Shown: positions 6,613 to 13,744 of the stretch, piece after piece
Layout: each line of letters starts with the position of its first letter
Position numbering within the stretch: position 1 is the first letter of the stretch
Source of the DNA: a virus
IMG/VR virus record: IMGVR_UViG_3300017706_000970
Location: 1-64,000 of that record
Strand: one strand, 5' to 3'
Length of the DNA stretch: 64,000 nucleotides
Made by a program: the position numbers and the translations under genes
Notes under the pieces: model-generated
What the model saw: only the letters and a program-made list of their open reading frames with translations
What the model was told of the DNA's origin: nothing
Databases searched by the model: none

Positions 6613-6975
6613 ATGAATCGTAGACTTAGAATCTATATTGCGGGAGCCATGAGTGGCCACCCGAATCTGAATTGGGATGCCTTCGACCGGAAGGAAAAGC
6701 AATTGGAATCAGACGGATGGGATGTAGTGAATCCTGCTGCTATGGACAGAGACGCGGGTATTGATCCCACCGATCTAGGCATGTATGACTACGAAGAAGC
6801 AGCAAGTCGTGATATCGATGCACTTCGTTCATGTGACGCCATCTACATGATGGCAGGGTTCCAGTTTAGCAAGGGTGCTTGCTGGGAACGGGCTCTTGCT
6901 CGGGATATGGGCCTTCAGCGTTACTATGAGATTCCGCGTGAAGACCACGAACGACCGAAGGATTTTGGAAAATGA
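6613..6975 (+). CDS. DUF4406 / nucleoside 2-deoxyribosyltransferase-like protein
   Basis: RIYIAGAMSG..AF..VVNPA..DIDALRSCDAIYM..SKGACWE signature. Confidence 0.85.
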   Translation: MNRRLRIYIAGAMSGHPNLNWDAFDRKEKQLESDGWDVVNPAAMDRDAGIDPTDLGMYDYEEAASRDIDALRSCDAIYMMAGFQFSKGACWERALARDMGLQRYYEIPREDHERPKDFGK

Positions 6976-6987
6976 TGATTAAGTGGC

Positions 6988-7015
6988 TTGACATCCTTGT
7001 AATATTAAGTATAAT
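6988..7015 (+). promoter_or_regulatory. Sigma70-type early promoter
   Basis: TTGACA-16 nt-TATAAT. Confidence 0.85.
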
Positions 7016-7032
7016 GTATTAACTATATGGGT

Positions 7033-7126
7033 GAGGCCACCACACAAACTGGTCCTCGACTCGCGGAGACAGCGAGGTGAAGAATGAAGTTTTGGGGTAT
7101 CTCGCTTCTTCACTACTACAACCCCA
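7033..7126 (+). ncRNA. Structured, probably pseudoknotted RNA between the promoter and tRNA-Lys
   Basis: Hairpins 7033-7057 and 7060-7076; 8-bp stem 7077-7084/7106-7113 whose loop TGGGGT pairs with ACCCCA 7121-7126. Confidence 0.5.
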
Positions 7127-7134
7127 CGAATTAT

Positions 7135-7207
7135 GCCGCCTTAGCTCAGTTGGTAGAGCTGGTGACTTTTAATCACTAGGTCGGGGGTTCGAGTCCCTCA
7201 GGCGGTA
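7135..7207 (+). tRNA. tRNA-Lys(TTT)
   Basis: GCCGCCT/AGGCGGT acceptor; GGTGA-CT-TTT-AA-TCACT. Confidence 0.95.
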
Positions 7208-7228
7208 CTTGGTTTAGAAAAGGTTTTT

Positions 7229-7429
7229 ATGAACACTCAAGAACAACTACGATTCGATGTCTTCTCCGCCGCACAAATGCGTTGCGATCAGAAGTACAAC
7301 TACGAATTTACGATGTACGAGAACGCTCTTAACAATGGGGAAACTCACACGGCTCCCGTGTACCCTTCGATCGAAGAGATTCTCGACGACGCAAAAACAA
7401 TTTACGATTTTGTTAACAATAAGGGTTGA
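7229..7429 (+). CDS. Small hypothetical protein of T4-like-phage type
   Basis: ELRFxxF-like start and YPSxEEI..AxxIYxFV end; SD AAAGG. Confidence 0.7.
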   Translation: MNTQEQLRFDVFSAAQMRCDQKYNYEFTMYENALNNGETHTAPVYPSIEEILDDAKTIYDFVNNKG

Positions 7430-7454
7430 CAAACCCTTCAAGATAAAGTATAAT
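7426..7454 (+). promoter_or_regulatory. Sigma70-type early promoter
   Basis: TTGACA-17 nt-TATAAT. Confidence 0.9.
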
Positions 7455-7534
7455 ACTTTAAACAACGGTGACTTCGATACTCGGGTCGAATAAAACACCA
7501 ACACTAGTACCGAGAATTTTTGGAGATGTTTGCC

Positions 7535-7780
7535 ATGAGCAACACCAACACCCAGTCCCAGACTCGCCGCGTTCTTAACTACCTCACCTCGGGACGAGGC
7601 CTCACTTCTGCCGAAGCACGTAGCCGATTCGGCGTTCAGAACATGCGGGCAGTGATGACCCGCGTCCGTCAGCTCACCGAGCGATACGGTAACTGGCGAG
7701 TCACCACGAGCGAGACCGCATCCGGTAGCACCCGCTACATGATCAAGAAGGTCATCCTCGTCGATCCGGTTTCAGCCTGA
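7535..7780 (+). CDS. Winged helix-turn-helix DNA-binding protein
   Basis: SQTRRVLNYLTSGRGLTSAEARSRFGVQNMRAVMTRVR..RY (HTH_39-like pattern); strongly C-ending codon usage. Confidence 0.75.
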   Translation: MSNTNTQSQTRRVLNYLTSGRGLTSAEARSRFGVQNMRAVMTRVRQLTERYGNWRVTTSETASGSTRYMIKKVILVDPVSA

Positions 7781-7798
7781 TCACCCCCTTGCTTGTGC

Positions 7799-7816
7799 GG
7801 GGGGCGAAAGCCCCCC
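7799..7816 (+). other. GNRA-capped GC hairpin (processing/stability element or weak terminator)
   Basis: GGGGGGC-GAAA-GCCCCCC with no immediate U-tract. Confidence 0.55.
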
Positions 7817-7845
7817 AAACAACTTTTACAACTGAATAGAATAAT

Positions 7846-8064
7846 GTGCGGGAGACTAATTACCTCCTGTACGGGACTCGCATAATAATCTCCCACGAAT
7901 GGGGATAGTGCAACCTCCAAATGGTTTAGCGACCTGTCCGTATGATGCAGAAATGCTTGTATGAGATGATCCTTAGCGGGATGGGTGGAGGAGTTGAAGC
8001 AGGTTACTACCGACATTGTACGTTCGTGCTGCTTCTTTCAGGTATACAATAACCCTGAGTCCCA
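7846..8064 (+). ncRNA. ~200-nt multibranched ncRNA in the tRNA cluster
   Basis: Closing stem GGGACTC 7873-7879 / GAGTCCC 8057-8063 with at least five internal helices; no plus-strand ORF in the track. Confidence 0.65.
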
Positions 8065-8076
8065 TTTTGATATACC

Positions 8077-8192
8077 TCGTTCGTGAGATCTCGATGTACA
8101 AGTTCCGAGATGGTTGCGTGACGGTTCGACTCTCCAGTCTTTTTTAGAGATTGAGTCGAAGGAGTCGGGTGGGGAATCCGACCCACGAACGA
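8077..8192 (+). ncRNA. 116-nt cloverleaf-like ncRNA
   Basis: 9-bp closing stem TCGTTCGTG/CACGAACGA enclosing hairpins 8088-8111, 8125-8160 and 8164-8182; ends 3 nt before tRNA-Gly. Confidence 0.65.
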
Positions 8193-8195
8193 TTA

Positions 8196-8267
8196 GCGGG
8201 AGTCGTATAACGGCCATTACCCAAGGTTTCCAACCTTGAGATGAGAGTTCGATTCTCTCCTCCCGCT
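8196..8267 (+). tRNA. tRNA-Gly(TCC)
   Basis: GCGGGAG/CTCCCGC acceptor; CAAGG-TT-TCC-AA-CCTTG. Confidence 0.95.
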
Positions 8268-8295
8268 TTTGCTTACATGTTTAGGAGAATAAATC

Positions 8296-8469
8296 ATGAG
8301 TAAGTTTTTTGAGAATGTTTCCAAGGCCTTTTACCTGATGGCCCTTATGTCGATCGTTTTTTCGATCTACGTTTACCAGAACGATTCGACGCTAGGAATC
8401 TTCATCGGTCTTTGGGTTCCTACCCTTCTACTGCTCGGTCCTTCCTGCCCTTGGTTTAGATCAGAATGA
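8296..8469 (+). CDS. 57-aa two-TM protein
   Basis: SD AGGAG; MSKFFENVSKAFYLMALMSIVFSIYVYQNDSTLGIFIGLWVPTLLLLGPSCPWFRSE*. Confidence 0.7.
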   Translation: MSKFFENVSKAFYLMALMSIVFSIYVYQNDSTLGIFIGLWVPTLLLLGPSCPWFRSE

Positions 8470-8597
8470 GTAGGCAACACAGCGCGGGGAAGGGAGACTC
8501 TCCCCGTAAAGTGGACCAACAGAAGTACCGCGAGAACTACGAAAAGATCTTCGGTAAGAAAAAAAATCAGAGTGTGAAAAAGAAGAAGAAGACTTGA
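8466..8597 (+). CDS. 43-aa basic protein
   Basis: ATGA coupling; MSRQHSAGKGDSPRKVDQQKYRENYEKIFGKKKNQSVKKKKKT*. Confidence 0.7.
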   Translation: MSRQHSAGKGDSPRKVDQQKYRENYEKIFGKKKNQSVKKKKKT

Positions 8598-8621
8598 CTC
8601 TTCTTCTTTTTTGTGTATAAT
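8594..8621 (+). promoter_or_regulatory. Sigma70-type early promoter
   Basis: TTGACT-16 nt-TATAAT. Confidence 0.8.
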
Positions 8622-8641
8622 AACTACAAAGGAGTCAACAC

Positions 8642-8755
8642 ATGGCTAAGAGAATTCTAACCGCAACGCAGCAGGCGCAGATGACCAAGCGAGGAAAGAC
8701 GAAGAAGCACAAGAAGAACAAGCACGGTACGACTGGTAGAGGCAGGAAGAACTGA
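8642..8755 (+). CDS. 37-aa Lys/Arg-rich protein
   Basis: SD AAGGAG; MAKRILTATQQAQMTKRGKTKKHKKNKHGTTGRGRKN*. Confidence 0.7.
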   Translation: MAKRILTATQQAQMTKRGKTKKHKKNKHGTTGRGRKN

Positions 8756-8817
8756 CAACCGGCATTTACTATCAACAAGTCCTTGCCAGATAAGGACTTA
8801 CGGCAGTCTTGCCCATT

Positions 8818-8891
8818 GCTCCCGTAGCTCAGTTGGATAGAGCAGCTGACTTCTAATCAGCAGGTCACACGTTCGAGTCGTGTCGGGAGTG
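8818..8891 (+). tRNA. tRNA-Arg(TCT)
   Basis: GCTCCCG/CGGGAGT acceptor; GCTGA-CT-TCT-AA-TCAGC. Confidence 0.95.
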
Positions 8892-8897
8892 CTTACC

Positions 8898-8903
8898 TAA
8901 ATA
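8898..8903 (+). promoter_or_regulatory. T4-type late promoter candidate (TAAATA)
   Basis: ACCTAAATAG, the same context as at 1641. Confidence 0.45.
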
Positions 8904-8938
8904 GAATGGTCGAATTCTTTTCACATAAGGAGATAAAC

Positions 8939-9079
8939 ATGTTTGAAGATATTACCACATCAGAGGTTCTTGGAACCGTATTTTACACTATCGTCGTTTT
9001 CGTCGCCGGTGCCGTCGTTGGTCCTAAGTTCTTTGGCTTCCTTAATGGATTAATGCCTTGGAACAAGTCGGGCGAGTGA
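8939..9079 (+). CDS. 46-aa single-TM protein
   Basis: SD AAGGAG; MFEDITTSEVLGTVFYTIVVFVAGAVVGPKFFGFLNGLMPWNKSGE*. Confidence 0.7.
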   Translation: MFEDITTSEVLGTVFYTIVVFVAGAVVGPKFFGFLNGLMPWNKSGE

Positions 9080-9090
9080 TATGAGTGTCC

Positions 9091-9163
9091 GCCACCGTAG
9101 CTCAGTTGGCAGAGCAGAGCTTTTGTAAAGCTCAGGTCGCAGGTTCGAGTCCTGTTGGTGGCT
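9091..9163 (+). tRNA. tRNA-Thr(TGT)
   Basis: GCCACCG/TGGTGGC acceptor; GAGCT-TT-TGT-AA-AGCTC. Confidence 0.95.
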
Positions 9164-9182
9164 ATTCGGAGGGCAGTGTTCT

Positions 9183-9255
<73 letters not shown>

Positions 9256-9258
9256 TTT

Positions 9259-9332
9259 CGGGGTGTAGCGCAGCTTGGTAGCGCGGCTGGTTTGGGACCA
9301 GCAGGTCGCAGGTTCAAATCCTGTCACCCCGA
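9259..9332 (+). tRNA. tRNA-Pro(TGG)
   Basis: CGGGGTG/CACCCCG acceptor; GCTGG-TT-TGG-GA-CCAGC. Confidence 0.95.
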
Positions 9333-9339
9333 TTAGATT

Positions 9340-9714
9340 ATGATTACGCAGAAACGATTAGACAAATTTCTTGAGACTGGTAAAGACCAATGTCTTTCCA
9401 TCGAACGATCGAAGAAGCATTGCTCTCTTATCATCTACAAGAATCAGATTGTGTCCGTTGGTATCAATGGTATCGGCAAGACGCACCCTGAAGCCAAGCG
9501 TATTGGTTACCGATACGACGAGGTGCATTCGGAACTTGATGCAGTTCTGAAGTGCAAGTATAAAAAGAATCTTACACTGCTGAATCTACGTTTCAACCGA
9601 TTCGGAGAAATGCGTATCGCAAGGCCTTGCCAACTGTGTATGCCTTGGTGTAAAATGTATTTCGATTCGATCTATTACACGATGCCTGAAGGCGTTGTAA
9701 AACTGGAGTATTAA
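9340..9714 (+). CDS. Cytidine/dCMP deaminase-fold zinc protein
   Basis: HSELDA and RPCQLC match HxE..PCxxC; upstream IVSVGIN strand. Confidence 0.8.
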   Translation: MITQKRLDKFLETGKDQCLSIERSKKHCSLIIYKNQIVSVGINGIGKTHPEAKRIGYRYDEVHSELDAVLKCKYKKNLTLLNLRFNRFGEMRIARPCQLCMPWCKMYFDSIYYTMPEGVVKLEY

Positions 9715-9936
9715 ATGATATTTGAATTAACGGAGAGTTCGTTCTCCAAACAAGTGGAAGACAAGGTTCGCAAGAACAACTGCGAGTACATGGAGGCAGT
9801 GGTTGAACTTTGTGAAGAACTAAGCATTGAACCAAAACTTGCTGCAAAACATTTATCAAAGCCAATTATCGAGAAGATAGAAGTGGAGGGCGCAAACAAC
9901 AATCTATTACCAAAGAAGACTAAATTACCGTTTTAA
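9715..9936 (+). CDS. gp33: Late-transcription co-activator
   Basis: FSKQVE..YMEAVV..IEP..SKPIIEKIEVEG..NLLPK..KLPF; directly upstream of gp32. Confidence 0.85.
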   Translation: MIFELTESSFSKQVEDKVRKNNCEYMEAVVELCEELSIEPKLAAKHLSKPIIEKIEVEGANNNLLPKKTKLPF

Positions 9937-9938
9937 TA

Positions 9939-9967
9939 TTGACAACACACAAAACATCTAGTATACT
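9939..9967 (+). promoter_or_regulatory. Sigma70-type promoter for gp32
   Basis: TTGACA-17 nt-TATACT. Confidence 0.8.
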
Positions 9968-9994
9968 TAAACACACAAAACAAGGAGACATTAT

Positions 9995-10879
9995 ATGTCA
10001 TTCAAAGATCTAAAGAACAAGTCAACCGCAGACATGACCGCTCGTCTTAACGCCGAGATGGAGAAGATGAGTAAGGGTAGCAAGTCCTACAAGGACGATC
10101 GATTCTGGCGTGCAACGCAGGACCAGTCGGGTAACGGTTACGCCGTTATTCGTTTCCTCCCGCCAGGCGAGTCTCAGGACATCCCGTGGGTTCGTCTGTT
10201 CAATCATGCCTTCAAGGGCCCCGGTGGTTGGTACATCGAGAACTCTCGTACCACCCTCGGTGATAAGGATCCTGTTTCAGAGATGAACACTCGTCTGTGG
10301 AACTCTGGTATGGAATCTGATAAGGATATCGCTCGTGAACGAAAGCGTAAGCTCAGTTACATCAGCAACATCTACGTTGTCAGTGATCCATCCAACCCGG
10401 AGAACGAAGGAAAGATTTTCCTTTACAAGTATGGTAAGAAGATCTTCGACAAGATCAACGAAGCCATGAACCCTGAGTTTGAAGACGAAGCGGCAATCAA
10501 TCCGTTCGACTTCTGGAAGGGTGCTAACTTCCGTCTTAAGGTTCGCAAGGTTGCTGGTTACACCAACTACGACAAGTCAGAATTCGAACAGCCTTCTGAA
10601 CTTCTCGGTGGTGATGATACGGAACTCGAAACGCTTTACAACAAGCAGTACGATCTTTCCGAATTCAGTGACAAGAGTAACTTCAAGTCTTACGATGAAC
10701 TGAAGACCAAGCTTGATCGGGTTCTCTCTGGTACGGAGAACACTTCGACTGCGGAGGAGACTACGGTTTCCTACGAGGAACGAACTCCTACTCCTGCACC
10801 CGAGAAGGCGGCGGCCGTCGCGCCTGAACAAGAGGACGACGCCATGTCGTACTTCGAACGTCTCGCTAACGAAGGTTGA
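9995..10879 (+). CDS. gp32: Single-stranded DNA-binding protein
   Basis: DDRFW, GNGYAVIRFLP, HAFKGPGGWYIENS, YGKKIFDKI, NYDKSEF, acidic tail. Confidence 0.97.
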   Translation: MSFKDLKNKSTADMTARLNAEMEKMSKGSKSYKDDRFWRATQDQSGNGYAVIRFLPPGESQDIPWVRLFNHAFKGPGGWYIENSRTTLGDKDPVSEMNTRLWNSGMESDKDIARERKRKLSYISNIYVVSDPSNPENEGKIFLYKYGKKIFDKINEAMNPEFEDEAAINPFDFWKGANFRLKVRKVAGYTNYDKSEFEQPSELLGGDDTELETLYNKQYDLSEFSDKSNFKSYDELKTKLDRVLSGTENTSTAEETTVSYEERTPTPAPEKAAAVAPEQEDDAMSYFERLANEG

Positions 10880-10902
10880 AATCAATTAAAGAGTTTGGGA
10901 GG

Positions 10903-10929
10903 AGTGGGGTCTTCGGACCCCACTTTTTT
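10903..10929 (+). terminator. Intrinsic terminator between convergent genes
   Basis: AGTGGGGTC-TTCG-GACCCCACT followed by a T run. Confidence 0.9.
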
Positions 10930-10930
10930 A

Positions 10931-12328
10931 TTATACGGGACTAAATCGGCCGGTTGGGGTGCCGATCGGTCCATCTGTCGTTGGTGATTTTGGTTCTGTT
11001 GGATTTACAATTGTAGTGTTATTATTTGTTGTAATTTGTTGTATTGATTCTCGAGCCCTTGCAGCATCTTCTCTACGAGACTCTACAGAGTCTCGATCCA
11101 TTGATCCAGCAAGTTCTGACTCTCCTATTTTGGACTGAACTCCAATACCTGACTTTACTTGTTCACCCAGTATTCCCACTGAGGTGCCACCACCCATCGC
11201 AGAACTAATCATACTCGCACCACCAAGGGTCGTGGCATCCAGTCCCAATAATGCAAGTCCTTTTATCGTACCCCACCACGAATCATCATATGTGGTTGTA
11301 TCTATATTTTGTTGAACCGCATTGGCCGTTCCTTCGGCTCTAATTATTTCTTGTTCCAATACAGCAACATTCCCTGTTTTGGATGCTGCATCAACCCGTG
11401 CCGTAGAAGTCATCGTACCAGTTCTATTGTTCGCTGCAACAACTGGTACTACATCTGACTTAAATTCATCTACGGCCGCACGGTCTTCTGCTGATAGACT
11501 GTCGTAGTGTTCTTGTTGTCTATCTTTCATATCTGTTAAGATACCAACAAACTGTTTACTGTTTTCGTTTAGTTTTGCGAGTTCTTCTTCTGGGTCGAAT
11601 ATGCTATTTGCAATTGCGTCCGTTATTTTATCAGCAAAATCAGACTTTAAGAAAGCTATGAGTGCAGTTATACCAGCAACAGCACCAATCAAAGGAACAG
11701 CGATTGGAGCAATTGCGGCTGCGACCGAACCCAGTATTCCGAGAAGAGGTAGAAGTCCTAACATTGACATCATTCCACCACCACCCGAAGCCGTTGTACC
11801 ATCAGCTCTGGTAAGTGATGATTCTCGCCGACGAGCTCGCCGGCGTTCGAGTCGAGAAGATTCTCTTCTACTTTCCAAGTCGGGCATCGCTCCCAGAATA
11901 CTGGTTGCAATTGTTGAAATCTCTTCAAGTACGGTAGAAATCACATCTGTTGTAAAATTAAGACTGAACACATCATCAGCCATATCACTCAATCCGGTTT
12001 CCAAACTAGACAGTCTGTTTGTGATGGATTCTCCCACGCCTTCGATGGCTTGTTGAAGGCCGGCCAGAGGTGAGTCCGTAGGCATAGAGATTGCCGAATC
12101 CATTACTTCGGGTTCTAGACTGGATGATTCGGCCCGTGGAGAACGTCTAGTTAGATTTATTTTACTCAGTAGTTTTTTACCACCAGCCATTGCAGCTAAA
12201 ACTTCTGGTTCTGTCTGAGACAGAGCCAACGCTCCTATTGCTTGTGATCCAGTACGAACAGATTTTTGTATTGCGCCACCAACAGATGACATTCCCTGTA
12301 GTCCCGCGCCTAGTAATCTTGGAAGCAT
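10931..12328 (-). CDS. Tape-measure / gp29-like protein (candidate)
   Basis: 465 aa, Ala/Gly/Ser-rich and helical, long hydrophobic segment (MLGLLPLLGILGSVAAAIAPIAVPLIGAVAGITALIAFL); directly downstream of gp26-gp51. Confidence 0.6.
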   Translation of the reverse strand: MLPRLLGAGLQGMSSVGGAIQKSVRTGSQAIGALALSQTEPEVLAAMAGGKKLLSKINLTRRSPRAESSSLEPEVMDSAISMPTDSPLAGLQQAIEGVGESITNRLSSLETGLSDMADDVFSLNFTTDVISTVLEEISTIATSILGAMPDLESRRESSRLERRRARRRESSLTRADGTTASGGGGMMSMLGLLPLLGILGSVAAAIAPIAVPLIGAVAGITALIAFLKSDFADKITDAIANSIFDPEEELAKLNENSKQFVGILTDMKDRQQEHYDSLSAEDRAAVDEFKSDVVPVVAANNRTGTMTSTARVDAASKTGNVAVLEQEIIRAEGTANAVQQNIDTTTYDDSWWGTIKGLALLGLDATTLGGASMISSAMGGGTSVGILGEQVKSGIGVQSKIGESELAGSMDRDSVESRREDAARARESIQQITTNNNTTIVNPTEPKSPTTDGPIGTPTGRFSPV

Positions 12329-12529
12329 TTACTTACCTCTTTGTTTGGATTGACGTTCTCTGGCCTCGTCCTTTTGTTCCTTGACCCAATTCTCAACCAA
12401 TATCACATAGAGTTCTCGTTCCCACGGTAACATATTTTCCAAGTCCTCTAATGTATAGTTATGAAATTTCATTAGAGCAAAATTTGTCTGGTAGTAGTTT
12501 GTCAACTCATCGTGGGCCATGATCATCAA
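12329..12529 (-). CDS. gp51: Baseplate hub assembly protein (short gp51 type); possible -1 extension of gp26
   Basis: NYYQTNFALMKFHNYTLEDLENMLPWERELYV motif. Confidence 0.85.
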   Translation of the reverse strand: MMIMAHDELTNYYQTNFALMKFHNYTLEDLENMLPWERELYVILVENWVKEQKDEARERQSKQRGK

Positions 12530-13254
12530 AAAAAATCAAAAATGTCTTTCACCTCCACATCAATTTTACCGTCCGGATCTGGGCATTCGGCAGTTATCTT
12601 GATGTATGGGTATGGAAGACTCTCAAAATACTTCTGAATGTCTTTTAACTTTTCAATAGGAAATCCATCAATAAATTCGTTTAACTCTTCTATACTATAA
12701 TCTGATGTGTCGTATACTGTTTCGGCGTCTGCGATCTCTTTTATGCAACTTGCAAGTATCGATGTGCTTAGATCGTCACCTGATTCCATTTCACTCATCA
12801 TCATGGATTCTTTTACTTTGGGTGGTCGTAGTTTAATCATTACCTCTGGTGTAATTTTTAGTTCTTTCTCGTAGTCAGAACCTTTCTTGATGTTCTTTAC
12901 CTTCATACTCTTCAAGACCATCACAGGGTTCACAGACTCGCCACAGGGACACTTGTACGCGAGTTTGATCTCTTCACCGACAGAGAACTCTCGGAGTTTT
13001 ACCGTAAGATAAACAAAGTCGGTCACACTCAGTTCGGTTAGATCATGATCACCTTGAACACACGCTTGCAATACCTCTAGGCAATTTGATATTATGTGAC
13101 TTCTACTTGCACCCGTAACCTCTTCACCAATTTCACTAGCAGTCATCAGTAGTGTTTTTTGTTCTTTCACTGTAAACGGACGAATCTTTATCGTCTTGTT
13201 GCATATCGGCAATTTCACACTGTATGTCTTCACTGCAATTTTCGGTAATGTCAT
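12526..13254 (-). CDS. gp26: Baseplate hub subunit / assembly chaperone
   Basis: MTLPKI..RPFTVKEQKTLL..LREFSVGE..IQKYFESLP..DFF*; SD GGAG before ATG 13254. Confidence 0.9.
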   Translation of the reverse strand: MTLPKIAVKTYSVKLPICNKTIKIRPFTVKEQKTLLMTASEIGEEVTGASRSHIISNCLEVLQACVQGDHDLTELSVTDFVYLTVKLREFSVGEEIKLAYKCPCGESVNPVMVLKSMKVKNIKKGSDYEKELKITPEVMIKLRPPKVKESMMMSEMESGDDLSTSILASCIKEIADAETVYDTSDYSIEELNEFIDGFPIEKLKDIQKYFESLPYPYIKITAECPDPDGKIDVEVKDIFDFF

Positions 13255-13294
13255 TATATTTCTCCAAAATGAACATATATATTTAGGGGAAAAG

Positions 13295-13744
13295 ATGGCA
13301 TACAAAGGAAAGTATACACCAAAAAATCCCTCCAAGTATATCGGGAATCCCACCAAAGTTATTTATCGTTCGTTGTGGGAAAGAAAAATGATGAATTGGA
13401 TGGACAACAATCCATCCGTCTTGAGATGGGGTTCAGAGGAAACAATAGTGATGTACGTTTCGCCAGTGGATGGTAAACGACATCGTTATTACGTTGATTT
13501 CATAATGGAAGTGCAGAACAAGAACAAGGAAATACAAACCTTTCTGATAGAGGTTAAACCAAAGAAGCAGACGAAACCACCAGTGAAACCCAAGAAAAAA
13601 ACCAAGACGTTTATCAACGAGGCGAAAACGTATTCAGTAAACAAGGCAAAATGGGATGCAGCTGAAAGAGTCTGTGAATCTAGGGGATGGAAGTTTATGA
13701 TCGTAACCGAGGACACGTTGTTCAAGAAGGATGCAAATGGCTAA
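13295..13744 (+). CDS. gp4: Head completion nuclease
   Basis: MAYKGKYTPKNPSKYIG, YRSLWE, HRYYVDF, IEVKP, NKAKW. Confidence 0.95.
   Translation: MAYKGKYTPKNPSKYIGNPTKVIYRSLWERKMMNWMDNNPSVLRWGSEETIVMYVSPVDGKRHRYYVDFIMEVQNKNKEIQTFLIEVKPKKQTKPPVKPKKKTKTFINEAKTYSVNKAKWDAAERVCESRGWKFMIVTEDTLFKKDANG

Noticed and set aside
7735-8016. 93-aa minus-strand ORF over the ncRNA
   Set aside because: Antisense to a strongly promoted region, no recognisable motif, and RNA structure explains the segment better.
11601-12056. 151-aa plus-strand ORF
   Set aside because: Antisense shadow of the tape-measure candidate.
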